Shown piece after piece: positions 1-14,089 of a stretch of DNA of 64,000 bases; the first letter of the stretch is position 1, and the number at the start of each line of letters is the position of its first letter. A program made the position numbers and the translations under genes. The notes below the pieces were generated by a model. The model ran no database searches. It had not been told where the DNA came from and saw only the letters and a program-made list of their open reading frames with translations. The stretch is from Camelus dromedarius (lineage: Eukaryota), in the NCBI RefSeq assembly GCF_036321535.1, contig NC_087437.1, forward strand, positions 87,546,001-87,610,000, read 5' to 3'.

Positions 1-79
1 TTGGGCCTTCCAGAAATGCATGCTTTTTAACCAATACTACCATTTGCCAATCTTAATGATGCTCTGTAAGGGGAGTGTT

Positions 80-178
80 CAAGGTTGACTTGTCTGTTCT
101 CTTCACTGTTGTAGCCCCTTTGCCTGGAACAGAAAGTCCTACTTGGTAGATGCTCAGAAAGTTCTTGATAAATGAACA
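80..178 (+). mobile_element. L2 LINE 3' end fragment
   Basis: ttcactgttgtagcccc...cctggaacag...gtagatgctcagaaagttcttgataaatgaa resembles the L2 3' terminus. Confidence 0.55.
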
Positions 179-519
179 CACTGCAGCTGTTGAAGTCATC
201 TCCAATTTTTTCTGTCTCCGCTACCCTTCACTCTCAAGACCATCTGATACCTGCTGCCATTCCTTCCTCTTGTTTTTTCAAATTATAAACATTTTATGAT
301 GAGAGAGGCTAGGAATACTCCTATTTGGACAGCTTCCAATTTCTCAGCAGTTTTTTCCGACACAGCCTCACTCCTTGTACATATCTTTACCTTTTCTCCA
401 TCTCTAGTCTCTTGAGAAAGGCCAAAGTCTGAGAAGTGTTTTGCAATCTTATTCCATGTCCATCTTCATTTTCTTTTTCTCCTCATTCTTAACTTTGTAG
501 AAGCAGATAGCCATAAGAA

Positions 520-690
520 TTAGAATGTACTTTACAGGCCATCTGGTCTAGCTTCCTCATTTCATCAATGATGTAACCAAGATGGAGAGGAAGAGTGGCA
601 CTTTGAAGATCACAGAAAAGACAGTCACAAAAACCAGGATTATAAAAAGTGTTCCAAACACCCATCCCAAGTTCTTTCTACTGTTCCACT
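520..690 (-). mobile_element. MIR-family SINE, degenerate
   Basis: ctcatttcatcaatgatgtaaccaag...gaagatcacag matches the antisense MIR core. Confidence 0.5.
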
Positions 691-906
691 ATCATTGTCC
701 CTTTTCGTGGTCTCATTTTTTCTTTTTTTTTTTTTTTTTTGAAGAATCCTCTAATGCGGTCTATAACAGGCCAGAGAAGACTCTCCCAAAGAAGTAATAT
801 TTAAGCCCATCCTCAAACAACAAAGAAGCATTTATCTAGTGATGAAGTCACAGAACAACTTATATGAAAGCAAACAGTCCAGCAAGTTTGAAAAGCATAA
901 AAACCT

Positions 907-1241
907 TGTTGACTTAAAACAAAAAGACTGCCAGATACTTCTCCAGCAAAGCTGGGTTTATTTAGGATCCAGCAGAGAATTGCAGTTTGGGGTCTGCCAC
1001 CATGGCAAGCCACATGCAAGTCCTCTCACAGCAGGAGGAGAAAGGCTTTTACAGAGAGGGAAAGGAAGTGGGGAGGGCCATAGCAGTGTTTGTGGCTTTT
1101 CACTGGTTGAGACCTTGCCAGGAAAGAAGAGGAGTCTTGACTCTCCCTGTTGGGCTCTGCTCTGGTAACAGGGCATGAGTGCTCCCGCTTCAGGTCTCCC
1201 AAATCTATTTAGCTGAAGTTTCTATTTATTATTTTTTTACA
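907..1241 (-). mobile_element. Solo LTR, ERV1-like, probably lineage-specific
   Basis: TG...CA termini (907, 1241); AATAAA on the minus strand about 50 nt from the minus-strand 3' end; flanks ACCT/AACT match 3 of 4 (possible TSD); GC-richer than surroundings. Confidence 0.6.
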
Positions 1242-2094
1242 AACTGGATGATGAAGGAGATAAGGGGAAATGAAACAGTGAAATATTAAACTCCCTTTAT
1301 GTCATGCTAAACAATTGACAATTCTGTTGAAAATTTTAGAAAGCCATTGAACAATTTATAGTAAGGTAGTCACAAGATCACCTTTTTATTTAGATATATG
1401 CCCCTGAGACCTGTGTGAGAGAAAAGTTGAAGTAGAGACTGGTGAAAAAACTATGTTATTTATATGTGTATACAAGTTACTTAGCACTAATTTAATAGGT
1501 TGTCACAATTTTAATTGTCTTCAAATACATTTTAAAACTTAAGAAATTGTTTTCTCTGTCAAAAGTATTTGAACATTTAATTTTTTTCATTTTTTAAGTT
1601 ATAAAACTGTTTATCTACAGATGATGCTGAAATAATTAGAACAGGAGTGTGTGAAAATTTTCAATGTTTTGCTTCTTTGGTTACATTGGAAATAATCTGG
1701 TTTCATATAGATATAACAACATGTAAAGTTATTTTGAACAGTTCAAGTAAACAGACCCATCTGCTTCTTCCATGTTATAGAGTAAAAGTTTGCAAACAGT
1801 TCTCTTTCATGAGATTACTTTGTTCCTAATGAGCTTTTATGTGATTTCATCTTAAAGGTACACCCCTGACAATAAATTCTGAATTACTCCCTTATTCCCT
1901 TGTTCCAAATGTAAGTCTCTTATAAGAAGTAAGGTGTTTTTATATTTTTTAAATGGCTGACCTCAGCTGAATTCTGCTTCTAAAAAAAGAATCAGAAAAT
2001 ACCCTCATCTCAGGTGCCAATTTAATGTAATGTGAAAAATCAGACCTTCTCCAAACCAGCCCTTGTACTAGCCTCTAGTCCTCAGATTCATAAG

Positions 2095-2225
2095 TAGTGT
2101 CTTACTCCTAAATGTGGCTGCATGTCAAAACCATCCGTAGAGTTTCCTAAACGTGCAGATTTCTGGGCCCCGGGAAAGACTTGGTGAACCAGAATCTCCA
2201 TGAATGAGCACAGGAATCTGTTGAA
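2095..2225. mobile_element. MER5-like hAT-Charlie MITE fragment
   Basis: ggctgcatgtcaaaacca...tgcagatttctgggcccc...ccagaatctcc...caggaatctg follows the MER5 layout. Confidence 0.6.
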
Positions 2226-2569
2226 CAATGCAGGAGGCTACAGTATAAGTTGGGTGTGAGTCCCCCTAGTGGGCACAGTGTGGCCATCCCCACCCGGGGT
2301 TAGCAGCATCCCAACCCGGGATGGCACGTTGAACAGGCGACTTGCTCGTTCTCAAACTGGGTACCAAGGCGTCCTGGCACAAAAGTTGCAATTCCTTGAG
2401 GGTGGCCCAGCCTCTGTGGGGAAATCTTAGTACATGAATACACATGTGGGATCAGGAGTCGGAGCCCAGGGAGATACATGAGGGTCCACACTCACCAAGA
2501 GAATATCAGTGCAGAAGAAGAAGACATTAACTAGCAAATAAAAAATACCATGATGAGAGAGGACTATGG

Positions 2570-2685
2570 AAAAAAGAAATCAGTTTTATAGTTTAGTACT
2601 TTAAATGACACTTTTTAATCTGCTTTTTGACGGGGGCCCCCTCATTTTCTTTTTCAGCGGATCTCATGATTTGCATAGCCAGCAC
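2570..2685 (-). mobile_element. MER45-like hAT-Tip100 element end; may extend left to about 2250
   Basis: Reverse complement resembles the MER45 start (GGCTACATAATTTGC...GAAAATG..GGGCCCC...CAAAAAGCAG...AAAGTACTAAA). Confidence 0.55.
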
Positions 2686-3299
2686 AGCTTGGCATTGATC
2701 ATGGGTGACTTCCAACTCAGTCTTTTATTAGTACAACTTCTTGAGATATGGCTACAGGGCTTTTTTTTTTTTTTTCCAGTGGGGAGCAATTTTCACATAG
2801 CTATTGTAGTATTGATGAGAGAATAACCTTCTACTGGTCAATTAACTCAACTACCCATTGAAGGAATGGAGAAATGGAGACTCATATTGGTTTTCTTTAG
2901 TGACAAATTATATGAGTAAGTTTTACTTCTCTAAAATGGCTCCTTTGAAAAATACTTTTTAGCTAATACACAGCAGTAAATTCTTCAAGGTTCTAGAACT
3001 TGTAAGATATCTTTTCTTAGTGTGTGTTCCACAGAAAAGATATTGCTTTAATTAAGACTTGTGCACACACAAAGATTCTTTAGATTTTCATTATTCAAAA
3101 CAATCAAGTCTATAACACACTAATGTGCTTTGTGATTCTCCAAAATGGAAAAGTCTCAGTACATCTTCATTTCCAAGATGTACTTTTCATTTTGACATTT
3201 TGAAATCGAGATCTATCTATAAATTACATGTATGTTTACTATAATATTTCCATTTCTTAAAGCAAAATTCTGTTCTTAAGTCTATGATGTATCATGATT

Positions 3300-3625
3300 A
3301 ATTTATTTTTATTCATTTAGATTATAATATCCAAACAGTAAAACTCACCCTTTTTAAGCATCCAATTCTGCAAGTTTTGATAAATATATACAGTTGTGAA
3401 ACAAACAATGTAATCGAGATATATAACAAATTAACCCATATCCTTTTGGAATTAACCTCTCCCCCAACTTCAGGCTCTAGCAAACGTTGATCTACTCTCC
3501 TTCCCTATACTGTTGCCTTTTCCAGACATGATGTAAATGGAATCATACATTATCTAGCCTTTTACATCTAGATTCTTTCACTTGGCATAAAGCATTTGAG
3601 ATTCACTCACATTTTTGTGTAAAAC
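3300..3625 (-). mobile_element. Old L1 (L1M) 3' UTR fragment
   Basis: tgccttttccagacatgatgtaaatggaatcatac...ctttcacttggcataaagcatttgagattcactcac is typical antisense L1M 3' end. Confidence 0.75.
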
Positions 3626-3649
3626 AATAGACACAGAAGGAAATAACTT

Positions 3650-4690
3650 TATGGCTGGAAATGGGCATGCTTGTTCTTCTGCCAGGACTTTAGTGTGGGG
3701 TTTGTGTCAATCTAGCCAGGAACTGGAACGAGTTCAGATTGTATTATTATTATTATGTTAGCCTTCAGTGCACCGCAGGATTCAGATTTCTCTAGTTTAA
3801 CTTATATTTTGGATGGGAACTATGTTACCAGAGGATTTTGGTCAATGTTTGCTCCACACTCAGTGTCAGATCCTTACTTGGAATTTTGTCTCCTCTCTCT
3901 TGTCCCGCTCTTCAAACTAGACTGTGGTTACTTATTATTTACTGCTTACTGGCCTCACGGTGGGTGCAGGGGAGAGGCAATTTCTGTTGATCTGATTTGG
4001 CCTCAGTCTTGAGCAGGAATGGTCTCTGCATTTCTAGGGTGAAGAATTCTCAGTGATTTTTCCTTTCCCAGCCTTTAATTGTCTAGGTCCAGGGTGTATC
4101 CATAACCCCCCACCCCCAACCCCCAGAGAGGATGCTTTCTGCTCCCTCTCCCCAGCTGCACTGGTCTTCCCCCAGTGCCAGTGTTGGCTTCCTTTCCCCC
4201 AGCATGGCAGGGCTCTTGTTCTCAAGGGGAGCAAGGTGGGTGGGTTGAGGTGGGGCTCTATGCTTTACCCACAGCAGCTTCTGTTCTTGTCCCCAGGAGG
4301 GATGCCTGTACCATGAGAGATGCTTTCTCGGGACTCTTGTGTTGTCCAAATGTTTCTTACGAGCACCCAGTGAGGTCCATGGGAAAGAGCCCTGAGCGGT
4401 AGTTAATTGACCTTGTGAATTATCTGGCTTAGCTCCTAGGGGTTCTAGATTCTTATGTTTGTCCACACTCAGACTTTAGCAATTTGTTAAAATTTTAGCT
4501 GACTTCTTCTTACCAACTTGTATGGTACCTGGTAAGCAGGTACCCATGCTCCTTTATTCTGTGGAGGAAGTGTTTTCATAGATTTGGAGTTATTTGGTTG
4601 CCCTGCAGCCTCAGCCTTCTGTTGTTGTAAGGATGAGAGTGATTTTTTTTTAGCTTGCTAACAGCTCTGAAGAAGCCAGAAGTCTTGAGT
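3650..4690 (-). mobile_element. Old L1 5'-region-like fragment
   Basis: GC-richer block abutting the L1M 3' fragment with L1M 5'-end-like composition; no coding signal. Confidence 0.4.
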
Positions 4691-5719
4691 TTTATAAGTA
4701 AGATATACAGCAGCATTTTGTATTTTCTTAATATCTTCACCATTGAAATCACTTTCAGAGACTAATCTGCTGAGGAATATATTTTAGAATTTGTTTTACA
4801 ATCATCTTTCTATTGCAGCATCTTTCTATTAAAGAAAATATTTTAGTGGCAGCCTATCCTAATAATGATTCATTATAAATTGTATTTTAAGGGTAAAAAT
4901 TTAAGTTTTTTTTCAAATTTTATATAGAATTTTTCAATATCTCCAAGGAGAAAGAGGGGACAAGTCTGTAGGAAAGAGTAATCTAAGAAAAATACGATAT
5001 TTCATAAGGAGATAACATCCTGCTTGTTCTTACGTCGGGATGAGCTACAGCCAGGCCAGCTGCACTAAAACCTGCAAGAGGGCAGGTATCCACACGAGGA
5101 GTGAAACGGGACTGCATGTAACATTGGCACAGCAAGAATTCCCTCTGTGCTAGTAAAGTGAACTCGTTTGAGATTCCTCCGTCCTGATGGATTCCTCGTA
5201 ACAAGCACAGCCCTGAGCCCCCGGGATTCCTGGTGCACCCCCAGGATGAACCAGGGAGGCATGAGTGATGCTGCTCACCGCGTCCTCGACCTTGTGCTCG
5301 TCCCCTGCACAGCGTGTTAGAGGATGATGGTAAACTAAGGTGATAGCTGCCTTAACCCAATCACATCGTCTTCTAAGCTCCTCCGCTTCCTTGAGCCAAC
5401 CCAGGTCACTTGCATGTATATTTTGAAATACTTTTGTCACTAAATTTTAGTAGACTTTTGGGCACATTAACAGTGTGGATGTGTATATTTATGTATTTAC
5501 ACACATATAACAGGACACTGAGAGTAGCTTAATAACATGTTTAAAATCCTAAACGTATTTCCTCCAATTTCCTTGTGGTTTGGCTGAAACTTAAATATTT
5601 GACTATAAAGTCATTAGAGTCACATTTTATTTCTTTTTTAATACCCTAGTATAAATAAAATGCTTTCAAACTCTCTGTCTTTTCTTATGCCTAAGGCTGA
5701 AAGGAAAAATAGTGAACCT

Positions 5720-5915
5720 CTCAAAATAGATATTAAACATATAAAAGATAGAGATTAAATATATAAAATATGTTCTAGTTGATATAATTAAATACATGAA
5801 TGTATTAACTACTTTATTTAGTATATAATTAAAATATTTTCTATATTTAGCATAATAAATATATAAATATAAATACATCAGAATATTGATGTTATAAGAA
5901 AAGGAATAATACATT
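5720..5915. repeat. AT-rich low-complexity tract
   Basis: Runs of ataaatatataaatataaa; explains the Y/I/N-rich spurious ORF 5666..6019. Confidence 0.7.
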
Positions 5916-6759
5916 GACATATGCTCAGTGTAATTTCTGTATCTTTTGTTTCTTGTAATAAACAAAGCTGCTTGCACTGAAAATACTGATCCACAGCAGG
6001 TGAGGTGACCCAAGGTCATAGTTCAGCAAAGGCTTAACAGCAGAGGTCTTTGGTGGAGGGTGAGGACTTTATGATACGGTTTTGCTTGTTACCAGTATCC
6101 AGAGCAATATTTGGGTACAAGATAAAGCAGAAAAATGGCTACTCTCAAGATAAGTTCACATAATGTACTGTCTTAAATTATTTATTATCCTTGAGATGGT
6201 TTCCAAAATAATATGTGCTTTTTTCACATTTATCTTTCCTCTTTGAGCATTTAGATTTTAAGGAATGATTGATCTATACTCACTGTGGGCTTTTTCTTGC
6301 AGAGCACAGATGTAAACAATAAATCCCAAGGGGGCATTCTGGGTTTTAATGGTGAAATTGAGTCACAGACATAATTCCAAGTTCCTTATCAATAACAGCA
6401 ACTTCTCTCCAAATTTGGTAAGTGAAAGCATTTTTACACTTGTAACTCTGTTTAAGCATAGTACACAGTAGTTTGTTTTGACTTCTCAAATTAATACGGC
6501 GACTTCTGCGCATAGAGCTCTAGAGGCATTTGCTTCTTGTTGTAATAAAGCCACAAATGGTTTTCCTTGGCTAGTGTTCAAGGAAATTGTTTCTGTTGAT
6601 CACATCTTCAGCACAAGCCTAAGGAGTGATTATTCATTCACATACGCACAAAAAATTACTCAAGTAGATATAAATGACAACAATGAGTGCTCGGAAGGAA
6701 GTTGTGAAAGATAGCATTAGAAACAATGTGCCATCTATTATGCACAATTTTTCATACTC

Positions 6760-6985
6760 AGCTATTTGAGTAGTTGACTGTGCTAGGCATTGATCTAGTT
6801 GTAATAATGTCCATTGTGTCCTTTGATTGTCACAAAATTCCTTTGAGGAACTACCATTTCCATTTTATGGCTGAGCCTTGTGAAGCTTGGAGAAAGAAAT
6901 CTATTTGCATGAAGTACACACAACTATTAATTGACATCGTGGAAAGTTTATTCAGCTTCTCTAAGTCTGAGCTGCAGTCCTATTT
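6760..6985 (-). mobile_element. MIR SINE
   Basis: ctgtgctaggcatt...ccatttccattttatggctgag...tgaagcttggaga matches antisense MIR. Confidence 0.55.
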
Positions 6986-9619
6986 GAGGTCATTTGAGGA
7001 AAGCTCTCCCACCAGAAAGAAAAACAAATGTGTCTTTAAGTCAAATTAGGCATGAGGTGTTGTTTCTCTAACTTTATTTTTACATAACCAGAATATTTAT
7101 TGTGAGATCTGCCCACCCAGACCGCTATATAGAATAATATAGAAACAAGCCTTTAACTATTTAAGAATATGTCAAAAACTTTGTAAAACCTCCTAGGACT
7201 CAAGTTCTGTCATGAGAACTACAAGTAGCATATATCTACTTGTGTAAAACGAGTTGTAGAAGATACAGAATAGATTTTGTCATCATCTTCGGATCCTCAT
7301 CACAGAGCCTGGATGATACCCCTTCCTCAGTCTGAATCAGAAAGTAATTTATCTCCAGTTGTGCCCCAGTCAGGTCTGTGCAAGGAGCTCCCATTTTTGC
7401 TTCAAGGCCTTATAGAACTTATTACTAGCAGCTCTTACTCTTTGCTTATTAATCCTGGTTTTGATCCTGGCTCTATTATTGGAGCATGCTGGTATGTCAT
7501 CCTTCTGGCGTAATAGTAGTTCTTTGCTTTTTGACTCCTGGATCTGAACCTCATTCAAAGGCTCTCTATCGGCGTCTACATAAAGGAGAATGGTTTTACT
7601 TTGGGGGGAAGGAGTCACTTTCTTTTTGAAGGTGAATTTCCAATTGCTGAGCACCATGTCACGCCTTAAGTGACCCTGTGTACACCCAGGAAATAGTTAC
7701 TAAGGGAGTTACCATTCATGCCTTAGAGTACGTGCATCACAGGTTTTACATAGCTTTGTCTTCTAATAAGATCAGTGCCAAGGGAACAATCTCGATCCCA
7801 ATAATATTTTCCAGTTGAACAATTATTTTCTTTCTATAATCATAATACGATGAAAAGAAAAAAACCACAAGCTCCAATGACAAAAAGAGTAGACTATTTC
7901 TATTATTAATTCATACATCTTGCAAGATTATAAGATTGTGTCTTTACACAGGTAGGATCTGGCAGATTTGAGTCTGTTGTTTGTTTTTCAGATATTCTGA
8001 ACTTTTGCTAATGTCGAAATGTTATGAAATCCTTGGAGCTAGAACTTGGGCTTTTATATTCCAGACCTAAAAGGAGAAGTGCATTTTTTGGAGCTCTATA
8101 AATGAAATGAGTATATTTTAACAAACCACAAACAAAAAGGCTGACATTATTGTTCACTGAAGCTGTCTTGTGAAAGAACTTCCTGACGGCAAAGACGCTA
8201 ATGCCACAAAGGGTGATCACATAGTCTCTGTAATTGAAAACAGGAGATGCATCTGTGTTACAGGGCTCTTTGCTTGTACATAGATGGCTTACTTATGCAA
8301 TTGCTTTAGGTCCTTAAAAGTATATACTCTGTGATTTGGTTTATCCCAGCCTCTGTCATTTTAAGCTTTTTAAAAAAATGTTCTACTAAATCTGCTTCTT
8401 TCCATTTGCCTTAATTTTTATTTTGGGCTTACAGAAATGCCAATGAGCTAATCTTTAATAATACACAAAGATTCATAAGTCGTGTATTATGTCAAATTAA
8501 CACAAAAAGTCTAACAGTATTTATTCCTCCCCATAGTTCACTTTAATTAAAAATGTATTCCTAAATACTTCCTTGATTAGGGACTAATGCTCTATTAATT
8601 TGAAATACATCTACTGAGAACAGAGTAAATTCAGAGAGAGGAACTGACATTACATGAAACATAACTTATCACCCTGAATAATACATTATGCCACTGTTCA
8701 CGATGCATGCAGGTTTTCATTATGCATTAAAATGCACAATGCAAGCATAATGGCAGATTTGGGGAAAAGGCCACAGCAAAGGAAACTCATGAGGGATTCT
8801 GTGCAGGTATGTTTGCTAATAGTAGAAAAACATTTGCAGTTTGCAATATCAGGAGAAAAATAAGCATGATGAATGAAGGGATGTTCCACAAAAAAATGTT
8901 TCCTAAAATGCAGTCATTGATTTCTTAGTAACTAAAAACTTACATCAATTTATCAGTGACTCTCTTAAGATTTATTAAACACCAATTATGTATTAAATAC
9001 TTAAAACTTTGAAAAAAGCTAAAAAGAACTAGAAAACCCAATTTCATCCACCAGGTGCTTACAATCCAAAGGCAAACAGCAACATTCAACAAACTTTAAA
9101 TATTTACAAATAAGCATTTTCAAAACAGGAAGTTAAAAAGTTATTTACTAAGAAAGAGTAAAGAGATAGATTTTAAGCTAGAATACGAAATTCAGTAAGA
9201 GCTTTCTAGTAAGTGAGAAGAGGAACTAAGCTATTCCACTTACAGCATAATGTCCAAATCAGATTAAGAATCCAATAGATTTGTGAGTAAAGAAATATAA
9301 AGACATTTCATGGAAAACATGCTTTGGAAATTGAAAACAATTCAAAATTTATTTGAATATCAGTGGAAATAAGCCAGATGATTTGGGGGATGAGTAACAA
9401 AGGAATCAGAGTGATAACTGGTGACATTGGACTCTAGTATCAGGCTGAATATCACAATAATCATACTAAAGCCAATATACTACCACCATACTTTCTAGAT
9501 TTTCCTTTACTTTTTCCAAAGTTTTAAGTATTTAGTATATAATTAGTGTTTTGTAAATCTCAGGAAAGTCACTGACAAATTGATAAGCTGCTTTTATCAT
9601 GAGCACCATTTAGTTGGGA

Positions 9620-10420
9620 CTTGTCTCTCTCTCTTTTTAATCCATTCTGGCAGTCTTCATCTTTTAATTGATGTCTTTACAGTGTTTTTATTTAATGCAA
9701 TCTTTGATTCAAGTAGGCTTAAATCTACAATCTGAAAACTTGCTTTCTACTCCATTCAATTTTTCCTTTTTTCCATTTGTCCACTTACATGTGATTAAGT
9801 TTATTTTATGATTTTGTGCTACCTCTAATAATGGCCAATTTCTTTATTTTTATTTTCATTTGCCCTTGTTTTTACAGTATTAATCTTTAATTAATTATAA
9901 TCTAACTCCATATATCATATCAATTATATTATCAAGTAGCACATATCTAACAATCTTCTAACTCCTTTCTCTCTTATTTTATGCCATTGCAGTCATGCAT
10001 TTTACTTTTACATATTCTGTAAACCTACATTGCTACCATATTTCCATTAGACACCCAATTACTTTTAGAGTTGTGTCTAAACTCCTTGTGTCTGCTCTTC
10101 CTGAGGTTTCTATACTCTTGCAGTCATTTCCATTCCATTCCATTCAAAGTGAAGACTTGTACACTTCACCTGTGTTCTTACTTGCCAGTACGACACCCAG
10201 AATCTCTTCCTAAACTCTACCAAAGGTACAGTCAAAGCTTACTCTCTGTCTCCTCTCGGAGAAGTTTGTCTTTCCTTAGTTTTCATACTGCTTGTTTACT
10301 CTGCATCCTGTCTCTGATGGGTTTATGAAAAGTTACGATTTTGTAGTTTCTCAATTTTTTTCTTGTTGTTAGATTGGTACCAACGTGCTTTTCTTTTCTA
10401 CATTCTCTCTGTGGAAACAG
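9620..10420 (-). mobile_element. Old L1 (L1ME-like) fragments
   Basis: tttttaatccattctggcagtcttcatcttttaattg...ggcttaaatctacaatc is typical antisense old L1. Confidence 0.55.
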
Positions 10421-11199
10421 ACCACCTACAATTGAAATTTAAGAAAGAAGAGTTGGCCAAGGTGGAAAGTATTAATTTTGAGCTTATTACCTAGTGCATT
10501 ATGTATACACCTTGGAGGAAATGAGTTAATTTGTTACTCTAAGTTATAATTATATTGTATGGAATATTTGGTTTTAAATTGCATGTTATATAGTTTTGTC
10601 ATTTAATTATCTGTGTAACTTAAATTTGTCATTCAATTGATAGAGATTACTGAAAAGTGAATTGTCAGTATGGTGTAATTACAGAGACAGCAAATCCATT
10701 TCAAATGTTTTTTCAGCAAATAATTATTCAAGCCCACTATTGAAACTTAAAATGTTAATGTGATAAAATGAAGACTGTTCAAACCCCTTCTGTGGATGTG
10801 CCTAGAATTTCTGCTTGGATCTTATATTGACAGTAAAGGACTAATAAACTAGAGTTTTTTTTTTTAAGTTGTGGATACAAAATATGGAATGGAAGATTTG
10901 TTGATATTTGTAATGAATTGTGAAGAAAACAAATTAAGACACGAACACCATTTATAAAAAGAAAATAAACTGAATCATATCTTAAAAAGTGAATGCTAGA
11001 GATGGAGCAATAGTGTATAATAAATATAATGAATATTTTCACAGAAATGAGGATTAATGTAGTATCTAAAAGCCAACAGAAAGGCATGATGTGTCAATTT
11101 TAGAATAGTTGAAAATGAAAGCGTCGTGAGTCATTCTTTAGCGGGTGTGTACATGGGTTCTAGCTAGATCTAAAGAGCTTGGAGCGGTCATTTAACTAT

Positions 11200-12400
11200 A
11201 AATTTTTGAAACAGATTGGCAGAAATTTCCTTCCAGGGCATGACTCCACACTGAGAAGAAATTAATGAGAATTAAATTTCTGAAAAGTAGAACAGAGATT
11301 ATAGAAGGAAAGAAAAGAGACTTACAAGAAGGATGTGAGGGAGCAGACCAGAGCAAGAAAACCTCAGAAGTCAAATCATCATATTTTTGAAAACTACATA
11401 AAACAGAGGATAGCTCTACTAAGTAAGGAAAGCTGTCCTGAACTAGCCTCCTCTTAAATATCCAGAAAAACTGATTTTACATAACAATGAACAATAGGAA
11501 AGTGTCATGGCCCAAAACCCCAAAAAAGTTATTATACGGAAAAAGAGAGGAAGTAGCAAAATAGCATCCCTACCAAAAATAAAAGCGTACCAGAGCTATG
11601 TGAATAGAAAACCGATCAAAACTCTGTCTAAATCAGTGATTTCACCATGATACTGTGGGGAAAAGTCTAATTGTTTACTTTGGAGGAGATCAATTTTATT
11701 ATCTTGAGAACTTGTAATTAAAAGGAAAAGGGAAAAGACTTCTGTTGGCTTTACTAAATGAACTGAACCACTGGGTAACAACCTATTGGAAGGAGAAAAA
11801 AAGCTCTCTTTAGAAGTATTCCATCTAATGCTTGAAAAGAAGTGATAAACTTAAAATACTGTCATTCTTCCAGTTCCACCTAAATACACAGATCTAGGCA
11901 TTAAGCAGCAACAGATGCTAACATCACAAAAAGTGAGACAGGCAGATGTGAGGTGCCTCCTGATGAAAGAACACCACACCGTCTAGGGTTGGTAAAGTGA
12001 TCAGATCTAAGCGACTTTGCTTCTGGATCCACTTGCAGGGAATACAGAGGAGAAGAGCCATGCAGTCGCCAAAACCTAGACGTTGGAAAACTCTACAAGC
12101 CAAAGAGACGTTGGAAAACTGTAAAAGCCAAAACTCTACAGCCCAACAAATTAATTGTAAGGAAAAGAAAGAAATAGAGGAGGATTTGTAGAATAATGGA
12201 GACTCCACAAAAGTAAATGATAAAAAAGGGGTGGCCTAAAATATGCATCTAGGGATGCATATTCGGGTCATTAAACTATGAAGAAACACAAGAAGTGATA
12301 AAAATATGAATTTCAGAAGATTGAATAACATATAAGAGAAAAATAGTTATGATTAAGAAGGTGCACATGAGAGATAATTTAGGCTCTACACTAAGCAAGT
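11200..12400 (+). mobile_element. Old L1 (ORF1-like remnant plus L1MC-type 3' region)
   Basis: A-rich sense strand; aacatcacaaaaagtgagacaggcagatgtgaggtgcctcctgatgaa resembles L1MC4/5 3' ends. Confidence 0.55.
12078..12132 (+). repeat. 28-bp-period tandem duplication
   Basis: agacgttggaaaactctacaagccaaa at 12078 and agacgttggaaaactgtaaaagccaaa at 12106, 2 mismatches. Confidence 0.85.
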
Positions 12401-12504
12401 AACCACATTACAGACACACCGTTACTAAAATTGGGGAGGAGGTGGTGTCTAAGAGATGAGGTTCCAGTATATTACAAATAACTCAAGTCTGAGGCAGCTT
12501 TATA

Positions 12505-12660
12505 ATGTGGTAATTTAGTGATTGTACTGTGGGGCCAGACTGCTGCCTGGGTTCAAATCCCATGTTTGCTCCAGCAGCAGGACTTTGGACTGGTTTCTTC
12601 ACCTGTAAAATGGGGATAGCTTCCCTCAAGTTTGCCATAAGGATTAAAAGAAATATTGTG
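12505..12660 (+). mobile_element. MIR SINE
   Basis: gccagactg..cctgggttcaaatccca...gtttcttcacctgtaaaatggggata is the MIR core. Confidence 0.8.
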
Positions 12661-14089
12661 AAAAAAAATTTAGTTTACATTTTATAAATGAGATAGTCAT
12701 TGACTCTTTGTGATATGATTCATAAGTGAACATGTACATTTTTTATTGTCATTCCAGCAAGGATCTCAAGATTTCACCTAGGTAAGATTGAAATCTTATT
12801 GGTTGAAATTTGAAATGTAAAATGTAAAACTTCAACTGAGGTGCTCACTGATTGAACTAAATTAGTAAAGCGTAACGTGTCTTCCAGGTGGCAAATATTT
12901 CTCAAATACTATTGAGTTCTTTAGGCTCCATCCATTTTATTACTAATTTTTGTTCAATATCCTTATTGCGGGGCCCCTTTATCTCTCTATGTCTCTTTAT
13001 CTCTCCTTCTCCCTATCTCTGTCTCTCTTACTGTCTCCATGTCACTTACTTGAAACGTTTTCGAGAAATATTTTAGGAAAAAGCAGGCTCTTGTGCTGAC
13101 TGCTATGGTTAGTTGTGTCAAATACATATACAATACTGTGGAATTTATAGACTATTATTGTAAAAGCTGTGTTGTATAAACAAAGAGTGAAACTTAATTA
13201 AACTGATTATCTTATAGATGAAATGAAACTTTGCATAGTTCTTTTCAGATTAAATTTAGAAATAATCTTTGTGTCAAGTTTGTAGAAAATTCGCCCATGT
13301 TTGGCTATATTTTTATTTAGTGGTTCGTTCTTCTCTAATAGTTGTTCCAAAATAGGTTTCATATTTATGGTGATTATTCTTTGAGATTCAAGTATTTAAA
13401 GTTAGCATATTTTACTTTATTATCTTTGAAAATACTAATTATACCCTAGTCTCGTGAAAGATAAGGGCTTAGCTACTATTTTCATATGTTTAAAAATATT
13501 TTGTGAAGGTAAATTTTTAATGTCAACAACTTTGAGGATTTTTGTGTTTTGGCATAATTCCTTTGCTCTCTCGCAAATGGTTAAAATACTCATCATCATA
13601 AAGAACTATTCCTTCAAATTTTTATTCTCTTTAAAACATATTTTTTCTGATTACAGAAGTCATAAAAGACCTTAAATTTTGTACATTACAGAAATTATAA
13701 TACACAGAGTCACAGTCGCCTGTAAGTCCCTAGAGATGATTACTGAAAACATATTGCTCAAATGTGTCTTTTGTGTACTGAGCATATATGTATGTGTCTA
13801 TACAGTTTAGGTGTAATCATGCTATTCATAGTTCATCTACATTCGTAGACCGAGGAAATACTGTCTTATGTAAAAGATATATATGTGCAGATAAATGTAG
13901 TTAATGCAGCTTTTAACACTTGAGAAAGAAGTTTGAAACAAGTGTTAAGTGAAAATTTTGAGAGAAGCCAATACATATAAAACCCTTATTCGCACTGATC
14001 AATGGCATATTTAAAGAACCATTTGAATGAAGGTCTAACATTTTATATTTTTTAAATGTTATCAATTGGAGCTATTAATAAGATCCACT

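Noticed and set aside
2258..2276. CTCF-like CCACTAGGGGGAC, with the 12-mer gtccccctagtg recurring near 55070
   Set aside because: Mismatch at the conserved GGC position; 12-mer recurrences are expected by chance in 64 kb
7370..7657. 95-aa basic ORF on the minus strand
   Set aside because: No recognisable family, no convincing splice or promoter context
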